DNA from: Candidatus Poribacteria bacterium | GTDB lineage: Bacteria; Poribacteria; WGA-4E; WGA-3G | Direction: 5' to 3' | Length of the DNA stretch: 64,000 bases | Assembly: GCA_965198235.1 (NCBI GenBank) | Contig: OZ240248.1 | Span: 2,528,001-2,592,000 of the forward strand | In this document: positions 20,179 through 30,233 of the stretch, in pieces | How the letters are laid out: each line of letters starts with the position of its first letter | How positions within the stretch are numbered: position 1 is the stretch's first letter | The notes under the pieces: model-generated | The model's database searches: none | What the model saw: only the letters and a program-made list of their open reading frames with translations | What the model was told of the DNA's origin: nothing | Made by a program: the position numbers and the translations under genes

Positions 20179-21234
20179 ATGGTTAAAAAATTGTTTTACT
20201 TTTATCTTCTAATAGCAATTCTCGTTCCAGCGACAACATGCCTCGCGGCGGACGAAGGTGCACATGCCGCCGAATTTCTCAGCCACGGTGTAGGTGCGCG
20301 TGCCTTGGGAATGGGCGGGGCATTCGTTGCCATTGCCGATGACGCAACCGCGACTTACTGGAATCCCGCTGGACTTACTAAAGTCAAGAAACATAGTTTC
20401 TCGGCGATGTATTCCGATACCTTTAGCACTGGAGACGGGAGTTGGCTCAGCAGAGGCTTAGTTACCTACAACTTCGTCAACTACGTCTATCAAATCGAGG
20501 ATATCGGCAGCATCGGTCTGAGTTGGATCCGACTCGGCGTTGACGATATACCACGCACGACTTTCATTGATGTCAACAATAACGGTTTCCTCGGCGATTT
20601 TCAGGATAAAAATGGCAACGGCATCAAAGAGGACGGCGAACCCTATATCGACAAACCTGAAGTTGCCGAGTATTTCAGTAATACCGATAACGCTCTGCTC
20701 ATCTCTTATGCACGTCAAGTCCACTCTATGGCAGCTGTCGGCGGCAACCTCAAACTCCTCAACCAATCCATTTTTGAGAACAGTGGAAACGGTTTTGGTA
20801 TTGACATTGGTCTGATTGCGGAGCCTTACAAAGGTTTACGAATTGGTGCAATGTTATTAGATGCAACGGGCACCCAAGTCCGTTGGGATACTGCCGACAC
20901 ACCGACGTTCACACGCACGCGCCGACTTCGATTTGGCACAGCTTACCACTTTGCCGTTCCACGTCTCGGTAAAGGGGCTATTGGCGCGGATTTTGAAACC
21001 GACCAAGCCGATCTGGAGGTAGGCGGTGCTGGCGGTGGACTCGTTCTTCGCGTAGGCGCGGAATACTGGCTCTTCAATACCCTCGCACTCCGTGGGGGCT
21101 GGAATGGACATGGGCTCTCTGCAGGTGCCGGACTCCGCTTGCGGATAAACGCTATGTCGTTTTTCGTCAACTACGCCTTCAACACCCACACCCTTGGCGG
21201 TTCACAACGAATCTCTGTCTCCGGCGAATTTTAA
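20179..21234 (+). CDS. PorV/PorQ-like (UPF0164) outer membrane beta-barrel
   Basis: AEFL..GVGARALGMGGAF.A.ADDATA.YWNPAGL; C-terminal Phe; DxNxNG Ca-binding-like insert. Confidence 0.8.
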   Translation: MVKKLFYFYLLIAILVPATTCLAADEGAHAAEFLSHGVGARALGMGGAFVAIADDATATYWNPAGLTKVKKHSFSAMYSDTFSTGDGSWLSRGLVTYNFVNYVYQIEDIGSIGLSWIRLGVDDIPRTTFIDVNNNGFLGDFQDKNGNGIKEDGEPYIDKPEVAEYFSNTDNALLISYARQVHSMAAVGGNLKLLNQSIFENSGNGFGIDIGLIAEPYKGLRIGAMLLDATGTQVRWDTADTPTFTRTRRLRFGTAYHFAVPRLGKGAIGADFETDQADLEVGGAGGGLVLRVGAEYWLFNTLALRGGWNGHGLSAGAGLRLRINAMSFFVNYAFNTHTLGGSQRISVSGEF

Positions 21235-21302
21235 TCGTCCCGTACCTCACAGATACCTCGTAAATCTAATTTTCGCTGTAGTTCCCAAAAGTGCATCCAT
21301 GA

Positions 21303-21470
21303 ATGTGTATGAAGGGATGGCAAAGTCCCCTGGCGAAGCAGTATGGCATTCACGGGGTTCCGTCCGCGTGGCTCGTTGACAGAGAAGGCAAATTAATCTC
21401 GTATGGGGCGAGAGGGACAACGTTATGGCAGCTGGTTGCAGAAGCGATGAAAAATGACTGGCTGATTAAC
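21303..21470 (+). pseudogene. C-terminal remnant of a TlpA/redoxin-family protein
   Basis: WQSPLAKQYGIHGVPSAWLVDREGKL; no N-terminal CxxC half upstream. Confidence 0.6.
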
Positions 21471-21587
21471 TCCCGATTGCCGAAAGCCTTTGCAGAGACC
21501 TTGCAGTTCGTGGGGACGGGTTGTCGGATTCTCCGCGGGTGTTTCCGCGACTTCGCGAATAAAAGGCGTAAGAAACGATGGATCGTC

Positions 21588-24500
21588 CTATCTTTGAGAT
21601 AACTCGTTGTGATATTCTTCCCCAAGGTGTCTGTGAAATATCCCGTGCTGTTGCGTCGCAATATAAAGTCTGTCATTGCTGATAACGAGAGAGAGAACTT
21701 TATCAGGCACACTCGGAGAGATTTGCTCCCAGCGTCCACCCGTATCTAAGCGATAGACACCCATCTCGCCAGCACCATAAACCGTCATGGTGTCCACAGC
21801 AAACCTGTCCATGACGATACGCTCACCCATTCTATCGGTTAGCACGCGCCAGGATTCTCCGTTCTGTGAAGTCAAAACACCTTTGTCGGTGGCGACATAA
21901 ACCATTGAACCCGCAAAGACGATCTCGTTGAAACCAGAAAAGCGGAGTGGAAGACTCGATGTAATATCTCTCCAGCTGTTTCCACTATCAAATGATTGGA
22001 ACAGTCTACCTTCCCGCTTTCCCACGTAGACGGTTTCCGCTGAAACTGCTAACTTGAATCCTTTTCTCGAATCCTCACTCGACTGTTTACCGAGATCTAT
22101 AAGTCCTATGTTTGTCCATTCCGGATCGCCAGGTTTCCATTTGAAAAGCCTTCGTTGATGCTCTATGTAAAAAGTTTCACCACTAACTGCAAACCCACCG
22201 ACTTTTGCAAAGGACGCAATATAGGACAATGCCTTTCTTAACTTAGGATCTTTTTCCATATCATTAGGCAAGTAGATTTCTTCTGCCTCTGCTATAACTG
22301 TTACCAGTTCGTTGGACAGCATTTCTCCTTTGAAAGCGGGTACTTCTTGAATAGGAGCGAGTACATCACCCTCTACAGATAGACGAAAAACACGCAGATT
22401 GTATTTTTCAGGAATAATCCCATAAAGACCTCCATCTGCACTCACTATCTTTGAATTATAAGAGAAATTGATGTGAGAACGCCCCTGTTCGATTGGTTCA
22501 AATGTCTGTTCATTGGTATCAATGCGAACACTTTTCCATGATTCACCACCGTCGGTTGATTGGACAATATCACTACCCGTATGGTACATAGAGCTTATTG
22601 TTGAAAGTTACCAAACCCTGCATCCTCGTTCCCACGATACCATTCGTAAATGGATGCCATGAGGCACCAGCATCGATCGTGCGATGAATTCCAAACTCCC
22701 CGGCTCTGTAGAAAGTATTTTCATCAACCGCTACAACTGGAAAGATATTCTGTTTCACTGAATCTGTGTCTAATCCTAAGTTCGTCCATATCTGTCCCCC
22801 ATCATTTGAACGGAAACTGAGGACGGCATCTAAGACCAAAAGCCTCTTACCAGAAACCAAGATTTTGACACTACGCGGTGCCCGCATGACAGAAGATTCA
22901 TTTTTAGGTGTTATCTCAGCCCATGATTCTCCTAAGTCGGTTGAGTGGAAAATCTTCCATGGGGGTGTCTTGTCTTTACTTACTATTTGTATCGCATACT
23001 TTCCACCTGTTTTGGGTGGTCCTAATACAAAAGGATCGGAGCCCATTCCAACATAGAGATTGTTTCCCATTTTTGCTAAGGAGTGGACTGCATTGGATAC
23101 GTCCACCGGCAATTGCTCCCATACATCCGAATTAAGGCGATAGAGACCTTCATTTGTGCCAGCAAACACTGTATTTCCAACTGTAGTTACTGCATAAATG
23201 CGTTTGCCCGACAATCCTTCGTTTAAAGGTGTCCACTGCTTGCCACCATCTATAGAGTGAAAAATACCATTGTCTCGTAAAGCCAAATACATTGAAACAA
23301 GACCTTGCGAACTGTTCTCTTGTGTTTCACCCCTAATAACGAGTCCAACGGCATGTCCTTTCGGACGGGGAGCTAAAGCGTTCCACGTCTCTCCATTATC
23401 AATTGAAGTAAACACTTGATTAGGATAGACGATATAGAGCACGCCTCTATGCTCAGTCATGGGCATTCCGAATCCTCTGATGGGTGTGTTAACATCGATC
23501 GGTGTCCACGCAGCTGCATCTGCTGTCAATCTGTAGATATTGGTTGACGTAGTGGCATAGACTGTGCCGCCAGATGTAGCAAAGATTTCAAATACAGGGC
23601 TTCCTTGTGGTCCACTTGCCTGCGTCCATTGCGAGGTAGAGGATCTGAACGAATTGTTCTGCGTATTCGGTGCCAAGACCTTCTCAGAAGTCCGCAGACC
23701 GACACCAGTATTTTCGCTCAGGGCAACATCCCTGCCAGTCTGCGTTCGCACCGCCGATTTTGAATCAATAGCAAGGGTAATCGGTGTATCAATGATTTCA
23801 ATCGTGGGTTCAGATAGTGCCTCAAAACTATACGGCTTTTGAAAACGGAGGAGGTATTGATTGCTTATACCCAGCATCAAGAGGAATACTAATACTGTCG
23901 CTGTCCCAAAGGCTACCCACGGGAGCAAGGGTTTCCCAACCGGAGGCGGTATTGGCTTCATCTCAGCGACTTGCCGCATAATGTTCTGCGTCAAACCCGT
24001 GGATATATGCACACCGCCGAGAACTTCCTGAACCAAGAGTTCTTCTTCCTGTTCTAAACGCTTTCTCGCACGCTGAAGTCGACTCGTAACGGTGTGCACT
24101 GACACACCTAAAAATTTGCCTATTTCTTTGGACTTCATTCCACCGAGATAGTAGAGCGTTATCACAGTGCGCTCACTCTCTGGCAGTTTTTCCAGGAGAT
24201 TTTTTACGAGGCGATAGCGACGCTCAGTCGCTTCTGCCTCTCGCTGCTCTAACACATAGTGGTTGTAAGAGGAGTGTTCGATTTCTTCCATTGGGGTGGA
24301 TGCCAGCGATTGCATCTTAGATTTGGTCCGTTGAATCCAATTAATGCAGAGCCGATTCGCAATGACATACAACCATCCGGCAAACTGACTTGGCTCCTTT
24401 AGGGTCGAGAGGTTTTTATAGGCGTTTAGGAAGGTGTCTTGCGTAATCTCTTCAGCATAGTGAAAATCGCCAATCTTTCGCCACACGAGCGCGTGGATAC

Positions 24501-24591
24501 CCTTCTGATACTTTTCAACTAAAGTACTGAATGCCGTGTCATCACCAGCCAAAATTTGGTTGATTAATTGAGCATCATTTTCTTGTTTCAT
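21588..24591 (-). pseudogene. ECF sigma-70 factor fused via a TM helix to an Asp-box beta-propeller; +1 frameshift near 22585
   Basis: AEEITQDTFL..W/IANR and LPESER...SRLQRARKRL sigma regions, TM helix, S.D.G.SW repeats; LYV|HTGSDIVQS continues in ORF 21588-22589 after one extra C. Confidence 0.8.
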
Positions 24592-24618
24592 GGAACGATC
24601 CTAACGAACAGAATAGTT

Positions 24619-24802
24619 AACCTAAGTTGCCACCTTTGTAGCATAATCTTTTAGATTGGGTTTTCCATGTGTGCGCAAACTGAAAGTGGACGCTACAAAC
24701 CTCTACGGATATTGTCCCGCAAGCCTCTATAGGCTTGCGCAGACCTCTTTGATGAAAAACGGCATCTGCATACCTAAAATCTTGTCCGTGGCAACTTGGG
24801 TT
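24619..24802. mobile_element. MITE-like non-autonomous element (184 bp)
   Basis: 15-bp terminal inverted repeats AACCTAAGTTGCCAC / GTGGCAACTTGGGTT (1 mismatch) flanked by 6-bp direct repeat ATAGTT. Confidence 0.75.
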
Positions 24803-24828
24803 ATAGTTATTATATGCATATTATAATG

Positions 24829-24859
24829 TTAAAGACACAATTTTAGTCTAAAAACGTGC
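24829..24859 (-). promoter_or_regulatory. Putative ECF sigma promoter, copy 1
   Basis: GCACGTTTTT-AGACTA-AAATTGTGTCTTTAA on minus strand upstream of the ECF gene; identical to 32854-32884. Confidence 0.55.
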
Positions 24860-24955
24860 CTAACGCCAAAAAAAGAAAAAAGCACTTGAAATTATGGAAA
24901 AACTTTCTGAAGTAGAAACAAACTCCAAACGCCAAATGTCTCAATTACATTGTTT

Positions 24956-25621
24956 CTACTCAGGCTCCCATCGGAACTTCGTTTCCCGTTTTCCGCCGAT
25001 ACTTTCAAGTTCTTCACTAATTTTCATTGTCTTTTCAATGAGAAGGTGCTCATTACTGATAGTCTCAACGTTGAGTCTCAGTAAAGGCTCGGTATTGGAT
25101 TCTCGGAGGTTGAACCGCCAACTGTCATACTCCAGGCTATCAGAATCAGATGGGCAACCATCTGTGAGAAACCTGACCGATAAACCGTCAATTGGTGTTT
25201 CAATGCAAGGATGGTTTCCCAAAGAGCGTACCGTCTGTCGGATCATTTCCATTGCGTCTTGGATATGCTCACAAGTTTCAAGCGAGAAGTCAGTTACGAG
25301 AACATCACCATTCAGCACAAAAAACGGAAAGGTGTGGATATGCTTCATAGCGTTGAAGATCGCACCGCCTGTGCCGAGTTTTTTATTTTCTTTGGCGTAG
25401 CGGATGTGCATACCTTCGCGGTAGACCCCAACGTGTTCACAGAGCAGATTATGCAGATGCCCCGAAGCCAAAATAGTCTCTTTGACACCTACCTCTTTTA
25501 GCAAATTCAGTTGCCAGTCTAAGACAGAACGTCCACCAATTTCCAACAGGATTTTTGGAATTTTTTTGCTGAGGTTTCCGAGTCGCGTCGCTAAACCGCC
25601 ACACAAAATAACTGCTTGCAT
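24956..25621 (-). pseudogene. Deletion chimera: NDP-sugar pyrophosphorylase N-terminus fused to phosphomannomutase C-terminal domain
   Basis: AVILCGGLATRL...PK, LGTGGA, VLNGD, then abruptly DGLSV..WRFNLRESNTEPLLRLNVE. Confidence 0.75.
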
Positions 25622-25955
25622 GGTTTCCTTTTATTTTCCTTTACAAGGAGGAGTGGCAGCAAAAAACCGCCACATCCGTTGGTATTGACGAAAATCCCAG
25701 AGTCTATAAGGCATATCCATTGATAGTTCCCTTTTGGAGAGACTCTCTGGAAGGTTTTCAATTAACTCATGAGAAAGTGAATCTGTGCTTCTTTGGGAAA
25801 TATATCAAAACCTGAACCTATGCAGGAATGAATCCTAACTTAGACAGAATCACTTTTGCTTTCCTCAGCATACTGATTTGCATGTGTTTCTGCATCAAAT
25901 GGCGGCTATGCAATTCAGGTTCTAGGAGTTTCCGTCTTTCTTTTCTCGTCTATGT

Positions 25956-26213
25956 TTAGGATGGCACACATACACTATCTGAGTGTATACAAGTCCCCCC
26001 TGAATTCCACTTTGTACACCAAACTACGCAAACTTCTCCTTCGTCGCAAACCACAGTGCAACCAACACTGGCACTAACCGGTGTAGTAAACATTATTTCG
26101 GTTAACAAGAAACTCCCAATTCCTACAGTTAACACCAGCGGTGCCTTGACACCAGTTTTGCCTTCCTCAGATTGCAAAAATGTATGAATCTTACGACGTA
26201 GATTTTTCTTCAT
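25956..26213 (-). CDS. Small peptide with conserved leader and Cys-rich core (precursor A, 6 Cys)
   Basis: RBS AAGGAGGTG; leader MKKNLRRKIHTFLQSEEGKTGVKAPL shared with two paralogs. Confidence 0.8.
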   Translation of the reverse strand: MKKNLRRKIHTFLQSEEGKTGVKAPLVLTVGIGSFLLTEIMFTTPVSASVGCTVVCDEGEVCVVWCTKWNSGGTCIHSDSVCVPS

Positions 26214-26381
26214 TCGAGTTCACCTCCTTTCTCTTATCAGTACTTTCATTTCCAGAATGAACAACTTCCATAAGAGAACAGACCTTCTGGAAATGCTTGA
26301 AAACAGATACAATCTCAGCAGTTCTAACATTTTGAATAATATCACTGCTAAAGTGTTTTCAAGGTGATTAAATCTAAAACA

Positions 26382-27383
26382 TTATTTCCTTTTCACTTCT
26401 GCCCATTGTGTGGTTAGCAACTGCGGGCGGGGCGATACAGACAATGCATACGCCGGATCAAACCAACTCCCGAGATGGTGCGCGAAGCCGACATGTGTCA
26501 GTTGTATCGGCTCTCCACCATTGAGTGCGATTTTGAATACTTGTAGGCGAATAGGTCGCACAGCATCAACATCATCTGCCTGAACATAAAGCAGCTCTTC
26601 TCCATTCGGAGACCACGTAGGGTTGACAGCTCGTGGACCCGCTTCATCAATAACTTGTTGGAGACCCGTGCCGTCACGGTTTACAACATAAATTGTCTCT
26701 CTCTCAAAATCCTCACGTCGAAGTTCAACTCGATTCACCCACGAAAATGCGACTTTGTCGCCACCTGGAGACCATTCAGGAGACCGGACCCACATTGGGG
26801 TTTTGGGGAAACGGAGGAATGACTGTTTTTTCGTCTGAATGTTGAGCAAACTGATACGTCTCGGTTTGTCAACGGCTCCACTGATATAGGCGATTTCCGT
26901 GCCATTGGGAGACCAGGTAGGTGTGCCACCAATAGCCACCTGCTCCTCCTTTCCTCCATTTATCGCCCCGATGTACAAGAACCACGCGCCACGCTCAAAC
27001 CGAGAATAAGCAATCTGTTTCCCATCTGGAGACCAAGTTGGAGACCCTCTATCCGCTGATTTTTCAAACACCTGTTGGACGTTTTCACCATCTGGATCCA
27101 TCAGATACAGGTCCCAACCCTCGCCCCGATCTCGGTCGGAAGCAAAAAGAATCTGTTCACCAGTGGGAGAAAAAACAGGTCCAACATCATCTGCCTTGTG
27201 CTTTGTGAGATTCACCTGTTGTGTGCCATCTGGATTCATAATGTAGATATCTCGATTACCGTCTCGGTTTGCCGCAAACACAATTTTGGCAGTCGCCGGT
27301 GCTTTCCCTGACACTAAACAAGTATTCGCGCTTAACAATACAAAATTTAAGAAAAACAGTAGGAAAAAATGTTGACGTTTCAA
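26382..27383 (-). CDS. Secreted TolB-like (PD40/WD40) beta-propeller
   Basis: Signal peptide, repeated PTWSPDG; tail WFDPAYALSVSPRPQLLTTQWAEVK. Confidence 0.85.
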   Translation of the reverse strand: MKRQHFFLLFFLNFVLLSANTCLVSGKAPATAKIVFAANRDGNRDIYIMNPDGTQQVNLTKHKADDVGPVFSPTGEQILFASDRDRGEGWDLYLMDPDGENVQQVFEKSADRGSPTWSPDGKQIAYSRFERGAWFLYIGAINGGKEEQVAIGGTPTWSPNGTEIAYISGAVDKPRRISLLNIQTKKQSFLRFPKTPMWVRSPEWSPGGDKVAFSWVNRVELRREDFERETIYVVNRDGTGLQQVIDEAGPRAVNPTWSPNGEELLYVQADDVDAVRPIRLQVFKIALNGGEPIQLTHVGFAHHLGSWFDPAYALSVSPRPQLLTTQWAEVKRK

Positions 27384-27611
27384 GGGAAATCCTCCGAAAG
27401 CGGAAGGGGTTCAATTCCAAACCATATCGTCTGAGTCTATACTCCCCATCGTTCAACTGATGATACAGCCCCTCCTATTAAAAATCGTGGAAACTCCAAT
27501 GATTCTGCCTCCACCTCCAAATCATTTTAAGGTCGTAAAAAAATTGCAGTCTGGAATGCTGGAAATGTTGCTCAATAATATGCCAACACTTCCAGCAAAC
27601 ACTTTAATCAT

Positions 27612-27838
27612 TTAGCCACTTACACAAGTACCTACTGGATCACAGAGATTAGGCGGGTGCTTGCACTGGTTATTATCCATACAAGGTTGTGCCGCCGCCT
27701 CTGGTGCTCCAACAATAACCTGTGCAAGCAGGATACTACCAGTCGCAACGCCGAGGGTCAATGGGGATTTGACTCCCACTTTGCCTTCCTCGGATTGAAC
27801 AAATTCGCGGATTTTACCACGCAAATTTTTTTCTTCAT
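27612..27838 (-). pseudogene. Precursor B (4 Cys), frameshifted in an A7 run right after the ATG
   Basis: RBS AAGGAG then ATG at 27838 is out of frame with NLRGKIREFVQSEEGK...; homopolymer at 27826-27832. Confidence 0.7.
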
Positions 27839-28049
27839 CTTGTTTTTTCTCCTTTCTGCCGGTGCTTCTACTCCAGCAAGATTGGATTCCCAACTCTGAT
27901 TGGGAAATCCATTTCCAAGACGAATACTATCGCTACGGGAGTGAAGCCTTTCCCTTGGAAATGCTTGAAAACAAATATAACTTTAGCAAATCTGAGATCT
28001 TGAATAACATTACTACCAAAGTGCTTTCAAGGCGATTAAATATAAAACG

Positions 28050-29027
28050 CTATTTCTTTTTTACTTTTCCCCATTGTGTGGTTAGCAACTGCGGTTGTGG
28101 TGAAACCGGCAAAGCAAACGCAGGATCGAACCAATCGTCGGGAACATTCCAGATACTAATATCTGTCAATTGCTCAACCTCTCTCCCGTCCAATGTAATT
28201 TTGAAGACGTGTGTCTGTCTTATCTGTTTTAAACGTCCTCTATAAACGAGCGCGTCTCCACGTGGTGACCAAACCGGTGCAGCAGCACCCACACCAGGCT
28301 CACGCACAAGTTCTTGGAGACCCGTTCCATCACGATTCAGCGTATAGATCTCCCCTTCATCTTGAGGTCGCTTTTGATGCCACATAAAGGCGAGCCTGGT
28401 TCCGTCCGGTGACCAAACAGGCTCTCTCGCTGTGCTGATGTCATCGGGTGGGAAAAAATGCTTCTGTTTTCGCGTGCGGACGTTCAGAATATATATGTTC
28501 AGGCGGTCAGGTGCTACCCTGACGACATAGGCGATTTCTGTCCCATCCGGAGACCAATCGGGTGTGCCGCCAATCGCCACGCGTTCCTCGTTTTTCCCAT
28601 CACTTGTGGCGATATAGATGTACCCTACACCAGCATCAAAGCGTTTGTAAGCGATCTGTTTCCCGTCAGGTGCCCAAGTTGGATGTCTTCTATCCGTTGA
28701 TTTTTCAAATACCCGTTGGGTGTTTCTACCATCCGGATCCATCAGATACAGGTCTGAGCTTCCAGGAAACCTATCCCGATTCGAGGCAAAAAGAATTTGC
28801 TCGCCAGTGGGTGAAAATACGCCACTAACATCAGCTGCGCGATGATTGGTTAGATTTGTCGGTTGGCTTCCGTCCGGATTCATTAGATAGACTTCCATAT
28901 TTCCATCACGGTATGTGCTAATGATGATTTTTGCAGTTTCGGGTGCTTTTGCTAAAAGAGGGCAAACACTTGTAACTAACAGTGTGAAGTTAAAAGCGTA
29001 AGAGAGAAGCAATAGCGTTCGTTTCAT
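28050..29027 (-). CDS. Secreted TolB-like (PD40/WD40) beta-propeller
   Basis: Paralog of 26382-27383; tail WFDPAFALPVSPQPQLLTTQWGKVK. Confidence 0.85.
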   Translation of the reverse strand: MKRTLLLLSYAFNFTLLVTSVCPLLAKAPETAKIIISTYRDGNMEVYLMNPDGSQPTNLTNHRAADVSGVFSPTGEQILFASNRDRFPGSSDLYLMDPDGRNTQRVFEKSTDRRHPTWAPDGKQIAYKRFDAGVGYIYIATSDGKNEERVAIGGTPDWSPDGTEIAYVVRVAPDRLNIYILNVRTRKQKHFFPPDDISTAREPVWSPDGTRLAFMWHQKRPQDEGEIYTLNRDGTGLQELVREPGVGAAAPVWSPRGDALVYRGRLKQIRQTHVFKITLDGREVEQLTDISIWNVPDDWFDPAFALPVSPQPQLLTTQWGKVKKK

Positions 29028-29261
29028 GAAAAATCCCTCCTTATTTGAGAGCGTAATTCAGATCTGTTAGAAGAAGTATGCCATGGATCAATCCAAAGAG
29101 CTATGGCTTCGTCAGATTTATCTTGACGATTGGCAGTTTACTACACAAGATGCCCGCATCAAACCTAAACGACTCTATTCGTCAACAGATGGTTGACAAA
29201 GCACTAGCGTGTCGTGGCAAAATGCTATCACGCCCTAGGCTTATCTCTCAGCTTCCCTCAA

Positions 29262-29495
29262 TTAGGGAGTTTCGCAACTGCCGTGGTGTTCTAAGCAGTT
29301 AAAAGGAAAAATATGCTTACAATCCTCATCATCGTCGCACGGTGCTCCCGCCTCAACAGGTGTTGTCCCAACGATTGCGTTTGCTAATAGAACACTACCC
29401 GTCGCTACACCAAGCGTCAGCGGTGCTTTGGCTCCCACCTTGCCTTCCTCAGATGCGAGGAACTCACGGATTTTACCGCGAAGATTATTTTTCAT
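29262..29495 (-). CDS. Small peptide with conserved leader and Cys-rich core (precursor C, 4 Cys)
   Basis: RBS AAGGAG; MKNNLRGKIREFLASEEGKVGAKAPLTLGVATGS leader. Confidence 0.8.
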   Translation of the reverse strand: MKNNLRGKIREFLASEEGKVGAKAPLTLGVATGSVLLANAIVGTTPVEAGAPCDDDEDCKHIFPFNCLEHHGSCETP

Positions 29496-29696
29496 CTTAG
29501 ATTTTCTCCTTTCTGCCGGTGCTTCTACTCCGGCGAGATTGATTTCCCAACTGAAGTTGAGAAACCCATTTCCAGGGCGAATACTATCGCTACGGGAGTG
29601 AAGCCCTCCCCCTGGACATGCTTTCTAATGGCTTTTCAAAAGGCTTATCATCTTTGTTGGTTGTTTGAACGGTGTTATCCAATCCGTGCCTTGTAA

Positions 29697-30230
29697 TTAT
29701 TGGCACGGTGTTCCACTTGCACGCAGGAGTTGATTGGCTTGGAATTGATGTCCATCAACGAAAATCGTCGGAGAGGCACGAACGCCGAGTTCCGCAGCGC
29801 GCTTGATGTTTTCTCGGAAAAGCTGTTCTGCTTCCGAACTGTCAAATAATTCCTGAATCTTCGCCACATCAATGCCGAGTTTCTCTGCACACTTTTCCCA
29901 ACTCTTGTCCAATTTCTTGCCCCGACACAAAATGTAGTCGAGGTACTTCTCAGGATACTCTTGTGCTATCAGGAGTTGTCGGATGTTTTCCGCTACTTCG
30001 GGATAACCGTGAAGGCTCGTAAACGGTGTTATGTCTTGTGCGGAAGGTTCCGCCTTCTCCTGCGCAATAAATTGAAGTTTGAAGTCGATTTTATCACCAA
30101 ATTCCTTCACGATCGGAATAATCTTTTCTTCCGCTTGAACGCCATAAGGACAATAACTCATGACAAAGAGTTCCAGTGTCGGTTTTCCCATACGTGCCGT
30201 GCGAGAGGTCAAGAGTTCCTCCAAGTTCAT
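29697..30230 (-). CDS. DsbA/thioredoxin-fold domain (probably the C-terminal part of the upstream cytochrome gene)
   Basis: LELFVMSYCPYG, LGVRASPTIFVDG; in frame with 30234-31163 across one TAG. Confidence 0.65.
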   Translation of the reverse strand: MNLEELLTSRTARMGKPTLELFVMSYCPYGVQAEEKIIPIVKEFGDKIDFKLQFIAQEKAEPSAQDITPFTSLHGYPEVAENIRQLLIAQEYPEKYLDYILCRGKKLDKSWEKCAEKLGIDVAKIQELFDSSEAEQLFRENIKRAAELGVRASPTIFVDGHQFQANQLLRASGTPCQ

Positions 30231-30233
30231 CGG

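Noticed and set aside
27839-27893. ORF-track N-terminus MGIQSCWSRSTG... for precursor B
   Set aside because: It runs through the conserved 5' leader and RBS; the paralog-equivalent ATG is at 27838
25900-29650. CRISPR array or integron cassette array as an explanation of the repeating modules
   Set aside because: Repeats are gene-length paralogous units, not 25-45 bp repeats with spacers; no cas or integron integrase seen and no convincing attC core sites
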